DNA of 64,000 nucleotides, taken from positions 51,400,001-51,464,000 of the forward strand of contig NC_058382.1 in assembly GCF_018350175.1 (NCBI RefSeq). The letters run 5' to 3'. The DNA comes from Felis catus (Eukaryota). The notes under the pieces are model-generated. The model did no database searches. It was not told where the DNA came from and saw only the letters and a program-made list of their open reading frames with translations. This document shows, one piece after another, positions 36,461 to 49,706 of the stretch. Positions within the stretch are counted from its first letter, which is position 1. Every line of letters begins with the position of its first letter. Position numbers and translations under genes: made by a program.

Positions 36461-37889
36461 TTGTGCCTCCTTGCAGGGGGAGGAGGAGGAGGAGGAGGAG
36501 AAGTAAAGGAGGAAAGAGCTGTGAATGACCGACTGGATTTCGCATCACTGCCACGATGATCATAAAACTCCATGAGACAACGCACGTATGTCTGCGGCCA
36601 AAGAGAAGGAGGCACTTCTCAGACAAGAAAATAGATTTGGGGGATAACTTCTTAGGGCCACCAAAAAACCAGGTTTCAGAGGAAATGGATTTTGAGTGTC
36701 AGCCTCAGCTCCTTCCCAACTATATTAATCCTATGAACTCGGGGCTTCTCTGTAAGTTAATAACCTAACCAACGGCAGTAAACTATCACAAGAAAAAATA
36801 AAATCATAGAGAAGTCACTGTCAACCCCATGGCTAAATCTTGTTTAAAAAATCCACGTGGAAAATGAGAGTAAACCTGTTTTGACTCTCAGATATTTGGT
36901 AGGTGGGTTAATAACGCTAGAGTTTTTTGTTTGTTCTGTTTGTGTCACGAAGGGCTAGACATTCTCAAAGCCCAGTCGAGGTCATCCTGCTGATGTGCTT
37001 TTCTAAAGTATTTCTTAGCTGGTCCACTCTGTGATCCTTTGCATCTAGTGTGACTGATTCCCTGCCAGCTTCTGAAACTGCAAACATTATGATCTGGTCT
37101 CTTTCTTCAAGGAGTCACCGATCTCGTGGGGGTGATGGTCAAGAACACAGATAAGTGCAACACTGCACGAAGACAAAGATAAGCCCAGGGAGCACAGAGC
37201 AGGAGCCCTTCCACTCAGTGTGGGACCGTCAGAGGAGATTTCTCAATGAAAAGGATATTTGAACAAAGTCTTAATGAAAGAACAAGGCCCGAGCCTCAGA
37301 AAAATGTTTGTAGCACTGCTGTTAATTACCTCAGCCATTGGTGAGGAAAAAATCCCAAGTGATTTTGGGCACGGTCAGCTCTGACCAAAAGTGACACCGA
37401 AATCCAGACAAGAGGAATGCAAGAGACTTCATTTGAGGCTTCGTCGTGAAGCAACATTTGGCCACCCCTGTGCTGGGACTGGGGGAGAAAAATCTAGACA
37501 CGTCAGTGTGTAAGAGCTATGTTCAGATAAGCAGTCTTTGGTCAAATGATTCCCAAATTGTTGAACCGTGAATGAAAAATCCAACTAAAAAAAAATAAAT
37601 AAATAGAATTCTTTTAAATATCTCCAGCACCTGTCCCACCCACCGGGGAGAACATCTTGTGTTCAATTTAGAGTCCGGTGCAGCCCAGATTTCACTCGTC
37701 AATAGAGCAGATTTAATGGTTAGCGAGCAGATTGACTATAGTCAGGCTTCAACTCCATCTAATGTTGAAGAATTCTGCTTAGGGACTGAGCTCTTTCAGC
37801 GTGATTTTAAGTAGTACTTTCCATCAACACAAAACCAGTATTCTACAAAGATTCTTCCTCTGCCCCCATAGATGAGAGATTATGAGTGG

Positions 37890-38065
37890 TGTACCCCCTG
37901 TATTTGTCCACCAGGGTTGTGACACAGACTCGGCGGGGTGGGGGGGGGCGGCGCTTAAACAACAGAAATTTATTTTCTCACAGCTCTGGAGGCTGGAGGG
38001 AGGTCTGAGATCATGGGCTCAATGAATTCCGTTCCCATTGGGAGTGCTCTTCCTGGCTTGCATGG
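37890..38065 (-). mobile_element. MLT1A/MST-like MaLR LTR fragment
   Basis: gcttaaacaacagaaatttattttctcacagctctggaggctgga. Confidence 0.7.
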
Positions 38066-38437
38066 TGCCCGCCACAAAACAGGTGTGCAATAGAAGTTTG
38101 TGTTAGCTGTTCCCATCATTCCCAAATTTTACTTTTTTCTCTTTTTTAGGGTCCTCGATAACTCAATTGTATAATAATAAAGACGTCAATCAAGACTATC
38201 TTGCAATAGACCATTCTTTCCACGGAGCACAACTAGATAAACTTTGCAAGATTTCTACGTACCAGCCCCTCCCCCCCGAAAAATCTGACATCCAGGACCA
38301 AAAGGGTTGAGATCCAAGAGTGAAGGGAAACACAATTAGGTGACCTGAGCATTTGACATCATTGTTCCCTCCGGGCGTTCAGTGAAGAGGCTAAACAGCC
38401 TAATTTAAAGCAATTGCAAAAAGACAGAAACCTCAGG

Positions 38438-38463
38438 GTGATGATGATGATGATGATGATGAT
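38438..38463. repeat. (GAT)n microsatellite
   Basis: About 8 GAT units visible. Confidence 0.85.
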
Positions 38464-39487
38464 TCAAGAAACTAGGAAAGAAGGAAACTTGTGTTTGGGG
38501 CTACCAAATTATCTAAAACTAAGAGGGCCAACATCTCACAGTAATGGAAGCACAAGGAAGTGAAGCCAACAGTCTGAAATGCTGATCTCTTTGAGGAATC
38601 TGTGACTTCATCAATGGTGCTGATCCAGAAAAGCCACGCAGAAAGAGACACCCCCAAATCTGGAGGAGCCAAACCGAGGTCTTGGCAGTTTCAAGGAGGG
38701 ATAAAAAGAAAACTGACCAAGGAAGAAGAAAAACTGGTGAATGCCTCCGATCTGCTCTTGACACACCTGGAGCAGAAGATCCTAGAAGTAAAGGAAAAGC
38801 AGAAGTAGACCAGACTTTCCAAAGACTGATGTTTAGCCTTAAAGCAGCTGATGGGATTCAACTGGTCTACCTGGTAGATTCTACTCTCACCTAACAGCCT
38901 CAAGAAGCTGAAGGCTCATGTAGAATCTAATTTTTCATACATAATGTTCATCATGGGGGATAATGCACATGTCGGTGGTGTTGGCCACAGAGTTTAACTG
39001 TGGGTAACATGTTCAGGAAAATAAGTAACAAGTGCGAAAATTCATTAGAAATTGAGGAAGAGAGAAGGTGCACTAGAAAACCCAAATTTATTTTAAAATT
39101 CAAATTTTTGAATGGAAGTTATAATAACTGAAGTTAGGAATTCAGAGGGATTTAACAAAAGTTCAGATACAGCTAAAGGGAGAATTGATAACTTGGATAA
39201 ACAAGGAAGTAGAAAAATGTATATAATATACATGTAATTGGTGATTTGAAAATGTGTGTGTAATACCTATGCAATTGGGAGTCTCACAAGACGAGGTGAG
39301 ACAGTGTAAGACATGAAATCTGAAAAGATAATGGCCAAGAGCTATTGGCTTGAATATCCGCATATCCAAGAAGAATTCCAAGCTCCAAGAAGTTTAAACA
39401 AAAAAGAAAAACATATCTAGACACATCATAGTATTAGTGTTAAAAACCAAAAAGGCGTTAAAAATTTCTTTAAAGATACAGAAGGAA

Positions 39488-39530
39488 TTTTTTAAAAGAT
39501 GTTTATTTACTAATTTTTTAACGGGGGGGG

Positions 39531-39579
<49 letters not shown>

Positions 39580-39720
39580 TACGAATGAATATATCCTAAG
39601 CAGGCTCCACACTCTCAGGGCTGAGCCCCACGCAGAGCTCAGTCCCAGGAACCATGAGATCAGGACCTGAGCTGAAATCAGGAGTCAGTCACCCAACCAA
39701 CGGAGCCACCCTGGCGCCCC
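39488..39720 (-). mobile_element. Can-SINE with (GA)n
   Basis: Minus-strand head ...gagccaccctggcgcccc. Confidence 0.9.
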
Positions 39721-40485
39721 GCAGAGGAAGTTTTTTTAAAAGATAATTACCTTAAAAGGAACAACAACAAGAATGACAATGGACCGCTTGACAAAAACAA
39801 TGGAAGCCAGGAGACAAGAATTATCATCTTTAAGGAGAAAAGGCCAACCTGGAATTCTAGACCCAGGGAATAAGAAGAAAAATTAAAGATAATGTCCAGG
39901 CAAATGAACACTGAGACAAGTATTTGTCACTATCAGATATCTATGGAAATAAACATTAATGAGATTTCTGCAGGCAGAATATGGATGAAAGGATGCACAC
40001 TCCCCCTCCCACGTACATATTCACTCCCAGATGAAAGAATGTAAAGAGAAGGAAAAACAAAAAAAGGGAAAACGGGTAAATCTAAATAATTATTAATTCT
40101 ACAAACAACAGTGACATCTTGGGTTTAAAAATTAAAATACATGGCAATAATCAAACAAGGTGAGAGTAGATGAATGTCAAATGTTTCACATTTGCTGCAT
40201 TGTAACAGAAGTGGTAACGGTACTCATTTATGCTACACTCCAACAAATCGAAGATGCACGTTGAAATCTTTAGGATAACCGCTAAAAGAATTTTTAAAAT
40301 AATTCACAGCTAACCTGCCAAAAGAGGGAAAATAGAACAGTCGTGATAATGATGATTCACTCAAAAGAATGCAAGAGAGGAGAAAAAAACGCAACAGAGA
40401 ATGTAGGACCATTTGGAAACAAATAGGTAGTAAATTTAACACCAAAATGTACAAGTAATCATATTAAGACTATATGAATAAAATA

Positions 40486-41331
40486 CAGTAAAACCTTGCA
40501 TTGTGAACAACTTGTTCTGCGATTATCCTGCAAGACGAGCAAATATTTCTGATATATTTTAACTTGATAAACGAGTGATGTCTTGCCATATGAGTGACAC
40601 GTGATACCGAACGTCACATGATCACAACTGAGCAAATGGTCCCCCACCCCCCTGACCACCCCCCCCCCCGGCAGGATTGTGGGTGATCATCTCCCATGCT
40701 CAGATGCTCAGTCTCAGGCCGTGGTGTCTGGCAGAAATCAGTGATGTTTCAGATGTTGGAAGGTGCCCACCACTGGCAGTAGTGGGTTTTTCGTCACTTC
40801 AAAGCATTTATGGACAGTTCTTTGCTTTTCCATACAAGAGTAAGCTTAGGAATGCTTTGCTTCATTCTAGGTCAGGCTGCCTGCAGATATAGACCCTTTC
40901 CTCTGCTGTCTTATTGCCAGTTACATTAAATATGGTGTGAATACAGTATTGTAGCCAACATCCATGTGAGAGTATACCATGGCCCCCACGCAGAAAAAGG
41001 TTCCATTGAGCCAATAGATAGCAGCCATTCCATTAGTGATAGTGAAAGTCGTCCTACACAATAACCACCCTCTCTCTCGTCTCCCTCACACCAGCCACAA
41101 AGATTTTCAAAGGTAAGTGCAGGTTAATTTGTTTATTTTTATGTGTTGTATTTTCTTTATTATTTTATATTACAGTATTGTGATCATTTTTATATGAATA
41201 TTTTTGGGTTGTGGAATGAAGCATCTGAGGTTCCATTATTTCTTATGGGGAAATGCGCTTTGATATACAAATGCTTTGGATTACAAGCATGTTTCCAGAA
41301 CAAATTATGCTCGCAAACCAAGGTTTTACTG
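40486..41331. mobile_element. Non-autonomous Tc1/mariner (Tigger/pogo-like) DNA transposon, 846 bp
   Basis: TIRs CAGTAAAACCTTG...CAAGGTTTTACTG (13 bp perfect, then imperfect extension). Flanked by TA at 40484-40485 and 41332-41333. Confidence 0.88.
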
Positions 41332-41407
41332 TACTGTTTAAAATGAAAAGAATCTTAGAATGAATTTTCAAAACTCCACTATGTGTTATTTATAAATGAC
41401 TCCTCTT

Positions 41408-41658
41408 TTTTTAATTTATATATATATTTATATATATTTATATAGATATATTATTTCTTTTTTTAGAGAGAGAGCACGCATGCACGCACACATGTGCGCA
41501 CGCAGGGGAGAGGGGCAGCAGGAAGACAATCTTAAGCAGGGTCCACACTCAGCGTGGAGCCCAACATAGGGCTTGAACCCACAACCCTGGGATGGAGCAT
41601 GACCTAAGCCAAAATCAAGAGTCAGGACAATCAACTAACTGAGCTACCCAGACACCCC
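41408..41658 (-). mobile_element. Can-SINE
   Basis: TSD ataaatgactcctctt at 41392-41407 and 41659-41674. Confidence 0.9.
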
Positions 41659-41692
41659 ATAAATGACTCCTCTTAAAAGGACAAAAAAGTTA

Positions 41693-41925
41693 GGGGCGCC
41701 TGGGTGGCGCAGTCGGTTGAGCGTCCGACTTCAGCCAGGTCACGATCTCGTGGTCTGTGAGTTCGAGCCCCGCGTCGGGCTCTGGGCTGATGGCTCAGAG
41801 CCTGGAGCCTGTTTCTGATTCTGTGTCTCCCTCTCTCTCTGCCCTTCCCCCATTCATGCTCTGTCTCTCTCTCTGTTTCAAAAAATAAATAAACGTTGAA
41901 AAAAAAAATTAAAAAAAAAAAAAAA
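41693..41925 (+). mobile_element. Young Can-SINE
   Basis: Perfect TSD aaaaggacaaaaaagtt and a long A tail. Confidence 0.96.
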
Positions 41926-43011
41926 AAAAGGACAAAAAAGTTCAAAGTGCAAAGATAGAACAAAGTTACACCAGGAAAACATCAACCAAGATGAAATGGT
42001 TACTGTCAAAGCAGACTTAAAGGCAAAAAGCATTACAAGAGATAAAGCAAGATACTGCATATTTTAAGTGGGGGTAAATGACCAGGAAGAGATCCTGAAA
42101 CTGACAAAAAACATAGACAACTTTACAATGATCATAAGAGACTTTAACATATATGTCTCAAAAGCTGATGGACCAAGCAGACAGAAAAATCATTAAGGAC
42201 AAAAATGGTCTGAACGGCTCAATGAATATACTTGACAAAACTGACGTGTAAAACACCATACACACAAGGACTTGATGCTCATTTGTCTCGAGGACATATG
42301 GAGTATTTATCTTTACCCTAAAAATGACCACATCCTACGCCGTGAACCAAGATTGAACAAATTTCAAAGGATTGAAAAGCGGATGGATGTTCTCTCACTA
42401 CCATGAAATTAAGCAGAAAACCCAAAATCAACAAGATAACCCCAAATGACTGCAAGTTAATCAAATCACTCTAGATAATCCTTGAGTTAAAAAAGATATC
42501 CAAAGGGAAATTATGAAATTTTCTTCATAAATGGCAATAAAAATCTCACACAGTAAAACTTGTGATATGCGGCTAAAGTAATGCTTCTAGGGAAATGTTT
42601 AGACTTAAAAGCATATATATTAAAAAAGACAAAAGATTGGAAAGCAATGAGCTAAGACTCTATCAAAAATAAAGGAACAGTAAGTTAAACCCCAGGGAAG
42701 TGGTAAGAAAAAAAACATTTTTCAATTTGTTTTATGAAGCCAGCCTAAGTTCAATACCCCGACTTGATAAGGCTGTAACAAGAGAATAAAGTTACAGACC
42801 AATTTTTCCTCACAAACACATGTAAGTAAACCTAAACAATTATTTGCAAATCAACCTCCGCAATAACTAACACTGACAGCACATCATGGTCGGATAAGGT
42901 TTATCCTAGAAAGGCAAGGTTGGCTTAACACTAGAAAAAAATCAACCAACATATTTAATGAGAAAAAAAGTAGAAAAATCATATGCCCTCCATAGATGCT
43001 GAATATTTTTA

Positions 43012-43219
43012 AAATTTTTCTTAATATTTACTTACTTAGAGAAAGAGAGAGATAGAGACAGAGACAGAGTGTGAGCGGGGAAGGGTCAGCGAGAGGGAGA
43101 CACAAAATCCGAAGCAGGCTCCAGGCTCTGAACTGTCAGCACAGAGCCTGACGCGGGGCCTAACCCACAAACCTGAGCCGAAGTTGGATGCCCAACCAAC
43201 TGAGCCACCCAGGCACTCC
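43012..43219 (-). mobile_element. Can-SINE
   Basis: TSD agatgctgaatattttta. Confidence 0.93.
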
Positions 43220-43808
43220 AGATGCTGAATATTTTTAAATAAAATTTATTAGCAAACTACAAATAAAAGGGAATGTTATCAATCTGATGAAGGGTATCTA
43301 CAAAGAAACCTACAGTTAACATAGTTCTTAATGGTAAGAGAATAAAATACTGCCACTCCCCCCAAGGGCTGTTTCAGGACAGAAACAAAGAGGTTTAATA
43401 ATATCATCTGTATTCATTACCATACTTAAGGTCCTTGATTTGGCAAGAATCCCCCCACCCCCAAATTTATGAAGATTTGGTCGGGGCAGGGAATTATCAC
43501 TTCACAGAAGACGTGATCATATGTAGAGGCATCCAAAGAATTTATAAGTAAAATTGTAAAATTGGTAAGTGAAGAATTTCTAGATAAAAGTCTATATATA
43601 AAAAATAAGTTTCATTTCTCCATATTGGTAGCAAAAATTTAGAAAATAAGGACATTACATTTTAAGCAGCATCAAAAACATCAGTCAAGAAAAATCCTCT
43701 AACAAAGGATGAACAAGATCTCTATAATGAAAACTACAAATCATTGAAAGAATTTAAAGGCTTACACATAAGATATTCCAAATTCATGCATCAAAAAATA
43801 CTATCGTA

Positions 43809-43993
43809 GGGGTGCCTGGGTGGCTCAGTGGGTTGAGCATCCGACTCTTGATTTCAGCTAAGGTCATGATCTCCTGGTTCATGGGATCAAGCCCCACGTG
43901 AGGCTCTGTGCTCACGGCGTGAAGCCTGCTTGGGATTCTCTCTTTCTGCCCCTCACCCACTCACTCTCCCTTCACTCTCTCCAAATAAATTTT
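43809..43993 (+). mobile_element. Can-SINE
   Basis: TSD aaaaaatacta(tc/ct)gta. Confidence 0.92.
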
Positions 43994-46900
43994 AAAAAAT
44001 ACTACTGTAAAAATTAGCCTGTAAATTCAATGAATTCCAAGTAAACATCCCAGCAGCATTTTTGTAGGAATTGGCAAACAGACCCCAAAATGCATTTGGA
44101 AACATAAACCCAATACAGCCAAGATTATCTTGACAAAGACAAAAGGTTTTTACCACTTGCTGTCAAGACCTATGGCAAAGCTACAGTAATTAATAAAGTG
44201 TGATATTAGAAAAAAAAGACAATGTCAAAAATGGAATAAAATAGAAAAATCAGGAACAGACCAACACATATACTGTCACTTGATTCATGATAAAGATAAC
44301 ATTGCAATGCAGTGTGCTTAAAAGAATCATCTTTGAAATAAATGGGGCTGTATCTGCTGGATACATTCCATTCTCCTCACACCATCCACAAAACTACATT
44401 CCAGGTAGACTGCAGGCCACAAATGAAGGTACCTAAGTCAATCAAGTTCCTAGAATTTTATACTGGAAAACACCTTTATGATCTTGGATATAGGAAAGGG
44501 TGGTGATACGGGATGCCAAAGACTGATGATGAGTTGGGAGTGCCCATTAAACATGTGGCAAATCGCTCAATCTCTTTAGTCATCAGAGGAACGCAAAAAT
44601 CTCAATAAGGTAGTCCGGACACTTCGTTCAAATGAAGGTAAAAAGACCAAGTATTGGCAAAAATGAGGAACAAGTAAAATCAGTCGTGAGAAAGTAAATT
44701 GGGAGAGCCACTTGGACAGCAAATTGGTAGAACTGCACGTGCTTCACGACCCGGAAATTCCATTTCTAGAAACCCTACCGAAATGAGTACATCTTTGAGC
44801 CATAAGACCTGCAAAAGAATCTTCACTGCAGCATTATTTGGGACTGCCCAAAGCGGGGAACAGCCCAATTAGCCAAAGGCCCATCAACAGGAGAAATGGA
44901 TAAATCAAGTGTAGCCCTTTACGCAGGGGGAGCGTTAGAGCCATAAAAACAAATAAACTACAGCAATGTTCAAACATGCTGTTGAACAGAAGAAGCCAGT
45001 CAACGAAGAGCCTTCTGTGGATGGCACTGATGCAAAGTTCAGAAACAGGCAGAAGTGATCTGGAGTGATGGAAACCATATAATGGTTATGTTCGGGGAGT
45101 GAGGCATTGAGAGCAGGCCTTTTGGGGCGCAGGTGATATTCTGTAGGCAGTTACATGAATGTGGCCACGTTGTACAAATTAACTGAGCTCTCTACTCATT
45201 ATTTCTGCATCTTTCTACACTTACACTATTTTTGATTTAAAAAAAAAAAAAAGCAGAACTTGCAACATTCTTTAAGGGAGAGAGGTGGTAGGCAAGATTT
45301 CAGAAGCACCCGTGTGAACGGAGTGGCCACACTGTCGTGGAAAACTCTAGACCAAAGCTACATTGTCCGCAGCCCCGTCCTGCTGAAGCGGACACGGAGG
45401 AAAGCAGAGATAAGAAACTACATTAGAGTCAAAAGTAGCATTTGATGGGGGACTGGCTTATTCCGCAGAGGGTAACAAAAAACTGTGCACCTAAGCTGAT
45501 ACGACACAGGATAAATAGTCCCGCAGACATTCCGCTCCCAGTAGCTGACTCAACAGCCCAGGCTGACAGATTTACAATGGAGAACTGAATCCTCAGATCA
45601 AAACCCGTGTGCTCTGTGTGGAGCTTGATGACCTACAGTAATACACTGAAACCCTTAAATCAACAGGTTTATGGCATTTATGGCGAAGCACTCTGACAGG
45701 TCTGCTTCGTCAAACAAGCCTTGTCTTGAATCCGGGCTCGGCTAAAAGCTGGGCTATCAAAGCCAAGCATTTGCTAACATGAGAGGGAAAATGCTCCATT
45801 TCTGTTCAAATATTTAATGGAAATCTTTCTTGGGCTTTTGGGGGAAAGAAAAAAAAATGGCACACATGCATAGAGATGTACATAATCTTTAAGACCTATC
45901 AAGGCTAGAAAAGATTTATTTATTCAAGGACTCCACAGCTCCTGCCGACGTCACCCCATTACAATTCGCCACGTCTGTCTGGGTCGTATGGTCACACAAT
46001 ACAATTTTCTGGAGGGACAAGAAAGTCTGTCTATCACATATTAAATCTGGCTGCCCTACGATAGGGTCTCCTCTAAACCTTCCGACTAAAAGCCATGTCC
46101 CAAAAATTCGCACACACGCTTTATGACCCGGTTTAGTAAACACACACAGACGCACCCACACTGCAAAGTTTCCCAAGATGCTCTTTCTAGAAAACAACCT
46201 GGTATTGTCTAGAGGACTGTATTTTATGCTCCTCTGTATTTTCCTTCCTACTGACGTTCATCATAACGGACGACATGGATTCATGACCCATGAATCAGTT
46301 GAACCCAAAGTTTGAAAAAGACATAGAAGGAAGCAGAATTTTTTTTTTCAAATGTGGGAGTCGGGCTTTTATTTTATTTTATTTTTTTATTTCACAGATT
46401 CTCAAAACCTGATGAATGTGAGAATTATTCAAAGTCCAGATCCCCCTGAGAGTCTTTGTGAGGCTCACGAACCTGACCTTCTCTATCAGGCATTCCAAAC
46501 AATGCCTCTGCAGGTAGACTGACAACAGCAGTTTGACAAATGCTTCTCTAAACCCATCCCTTTGTTTTCAGACGAGGAAACTGAGGCCCAGATATGTACA
46601 AGGTCACAGAGTAGCTAATAAGAGCCTTGGGACTAGAACCAAGGCTCCAGGGTCCCAGAGCATCTCGGCAGGTAGCCAAGGACCATTCCCCTTATTTTAA
46701 CCTCTGTGGAGAAAAGTAAGTAATAAAACTGAGCATGAGCAGGGAAAAAGACTAAAAGCGTCAGAGGTCCCGTTGCAGAAATGAGCTAGAACCCAACCCA
46801 GGACTGAGCGCAGGTAGCTGACGATACCTTCCTTCCGATCAATAGGGCGACACAACATGTTTGGCGGAGCGAATCTTTCCAAAACCTGCCTTTTTATCCT

Positions 46901-48261
46901 CAAAACTCAGAGGGTGGCCAGAAACAGAATACTCTGGCCCTTGGCACGCTCCCTGTTTAGCCGGTGGTTTTAGAAGACCCTTGCATCATTTCGAACTGGT
47001 TCACTGATTCCAGCTGAAACCCTCATTTCCCCGCAAAGTGCCGACGAAGCACAAATACATACTGCCTCCGTGTATCAGGGGAGGAGCTGAAGAGAGTGTA
47101 CGGGCGGCAATGATTGTGACAGTAGGTGCCCCTTGAGTATTTGGGGCTCCTAGAGCATGCTGGCTGTTCCCACCCACCCCAGGGCGTTCCCATTCACTGC
47201 CTTTCCTCCCGGTGTACTCTTCCCCAGCAAAGCCACACCGCTGCTCCTTTCCATCCTCGGGCCTTTGCCCGACTGTCAGTTCATCAGGGAGACCTTTCCT
47301 GACCACTCAACAGGGAACAGCAAACGCCCCCGCCCCAGTCTTCCTTCCCCAGCCAGCACTCCTTAGCCCCCCTCACCCCCAGTAGAACTGTAGAGCACTG
47401 TGGCCTTCTGACATAGGTGTTCATTCATTTGTGTGTGCGTTGACTGCCTCTCCAAGGCATTGTGACACCGGTTTTGCACGAAGGGTGTAAGACTCACCAA
47501 CACCCTAAGAGGCAGGTGACTTTATCCATAGGTTACGGATGAGGAAAATGAGAAACGCACAGAGTTTAAGGTCGCTCACGGTTTCTCCGCTCCCCAGCAC
47601 GAGTGCTGTGGTTCGTGGTGGAATCTGTGTGATGTAAACGCCCTTCTCCAGAGCTGCATCCCAAACAGTGCCTCTGCAGGTACTGCTAGATGCTTCCTGG
47701 ATCCTTCCTGGTTGGCACTCCGTACATAAGTGAGGGAATTAACTTGAAGAAGTAATATTACTTCATTATGTGAATGTATACTGGGGCGATGCCTCTTTGT
47801 ATGTATATAGGTTTCTCTCTATCGATTTCAAGAGAGCGTCAACGAGTGAGTGCCAGGTGCCGTGACAGATATGCTCAAAATACAGTGATGAGGGGAAAAA
47901 AAAGACTTAAGACAGGGTTCATGCCCTCATGACACTTGTCACCCAGCACGGGAGATAGGCATTGTTGAAATGAACACATTACTAAGTGTGAAAGTACAAC
48001 CGGAACACGTTATGAAGAAGAAGGGGGACAAAACTGTGCCAGAGGAGGGCAAAAGAAAGACTCTGTGACGCCCCATTTTGGGTGCCAGCTCGACCGGGCT
48101 CAAATATTTGCTTAAACATTATTCTGGGTATGTCTTTATGAGTGTTTCTGGTTGAGATCGACATTGAATCGGTAGACTGGATAAAGCAGGTTTCCCTCCC
48201 CAGCGTGGGTGGGCATCACCCAATCACTGCAGGCCTTGAGCAGAACAAAAAGGCGGAGGGT

Positions 48262-48468
48262 GGGGCGCCTGGGTGGCTCAGTCGCTTAAGCTTCCAACTT
48301 CGGCTCGGGTCACGATCTCACGGTTTGTGAGCTCAAGCCCCGTGTCAGGCTCCGTGCTGACAGCTCAGAGCCTGGAGCCTGCTCCGGATTCTGTGTCTCC
48401 CTCTCTGCCCCTCCTCTGCTCACACGCTGTCCCTCTCAAAAATAAACATTCAAACAAAATTTTCTTTG
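48262..48468 (+). mobile_element. Can-SINE
   Basis: TSD aaaaggc(g/a)gaggg. Confidence 0.93.
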
Positions 48469-48642
48469 AAAAGGCAGAGGGAATGAGAACCGCTCCCTGC
48501 CTTATGGTCTTTGAACTGGGACGCTGGTCTTTTCCTGCCCTCAGATTCACACTGGCACTACACCTTTAGCTCTCTTGGCTCTCCAGCTTCTCAACTCCAC
48601 ATCTTGGCACTTCTCAGCTTCTCATAATATGTGAGTCAATCC

Positions 48643-48658
48643 CATATGTATATATATG

Positions 48659-48692
<34 letters not shown>

Positions 48693-49005
48693 TTAATATA
48701 TACATTAATATATACACACATATATATGTATATTTATATATACGTATATATGTATATGTATACTTATATATTAATATATATTATATATTATATATGTACA
48801 TATAAATATATATATTTATATATATAAATTTATTTATTTATGTGTGGGAATAAATGGAATACATACACACATACGTATATATGTTATCGTATACATAATA
48901 TATACTATATTAGAACATTACATCATTATAAACTATATATCAATATCTAACATGATATAGGCAGATCTTAATATTACATGCGTAGAGTATCTATAATACA
49001 CACAC
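48643..49005. repeat. AT-rich low-complexity (TA)n/(CA)n region
   Basis: Directly visible imperfect TA and CA repeats. Confidence 0.9.
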
Positions 49006-49468
49006 ACTTGTTTCCGTTTCTCCAGAGAGCCCTAACACAGCCCCACGCACGTTCAGCCTACCACCAAGACACGAAAGCGGAAGTGGACGTACCCGTAAAG
49101 CACCTGCGACCATTTCCCTGGTCTGAGAAGGTCTCCTTCCTTTCCGTTAGAATACAAGCCCATCTGCTCCTCATTTCAAGGGTTCCTGAGAAAACTGTCC
49201 TCTACTTTTCTGGCTTGAGGAAGGCAGGGCTCAGCAAGAGACCCGATCATGGGAACCATGGTCAGGCAGCTCCACGTGGCCGACAGGGAAGAAGCCCCCA
49301 GGGCAGGGTACGGAGACGCACATCCATCGGTTGATTTCTCCTGCCGCTGTGCACAGCCACCAGCAAGGAAAACTTGCTCAGATATCACCAATTGAGTAAA
49401 AATATAAAGAGATAACTAAATTTTCTGACACATTAAATGTGATCCTAAGTCAGATACAATGTATTTTT

Positions 49469-49706
49469 TTAAGTTTTTGTATTGTGAGAGAGAGAGAGAG
49501 AGACACACATGTGGGAGGGCAGAGAGAGAGGAAGAAAGGGAAAGAGAGTCAGAGAGACAGAAAGAGAGAGACAGAGAGACAGAGAGAGACCCAAGCAGGC
49601 TCCACACTGTCAACACAGAGTCCGATGGGGGGCTTGAACTCACAAACCGTGAGATCATGACCTGAGCCGACACCAAGAGTTGCACAACTGAGCCACCCAG
49701 GCACCC
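49469..49706 (-). mobile_element. Can-SINE
   Basis: TSD cagatacaatgtattttt. Confidence 0.92.

Larger units (their letters stand above)
38470..45253 (+). mobile_element. Ancient, long but internally deleted LINE-1 (L1M-type), antisense to ADAMTS18 and hosting later insertions
   Basis: ORF1 remnants near 39415-39830 (tctagacacatcatag, acaatggaagccaggagaca). Endonuclease remnant near 41377 (ccactatgtgttatt), RT-region remnants at 42720-44300, 3'UTR, and poly-A at 45239-45253. The 5' boundary is uncertain. Confidence 0.75.
48064..49037 (+). mobile_element. MLT2-like ERVL LTR containing a SINE and a TA/CA-rich expansion
   Basis: aaacattattctgggtatgtct...ggtagactggataaagcag...gtgggcatcacccaatc, ending tttctccagagagccctaaca. 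Confidence 0.8.

Noticed and set aside
38602..38808. Lys/Glu-rich 68-aa ORF
   Set aside because: It lies in the A-rich presumed 5' region of the old L1, and composition explains it.
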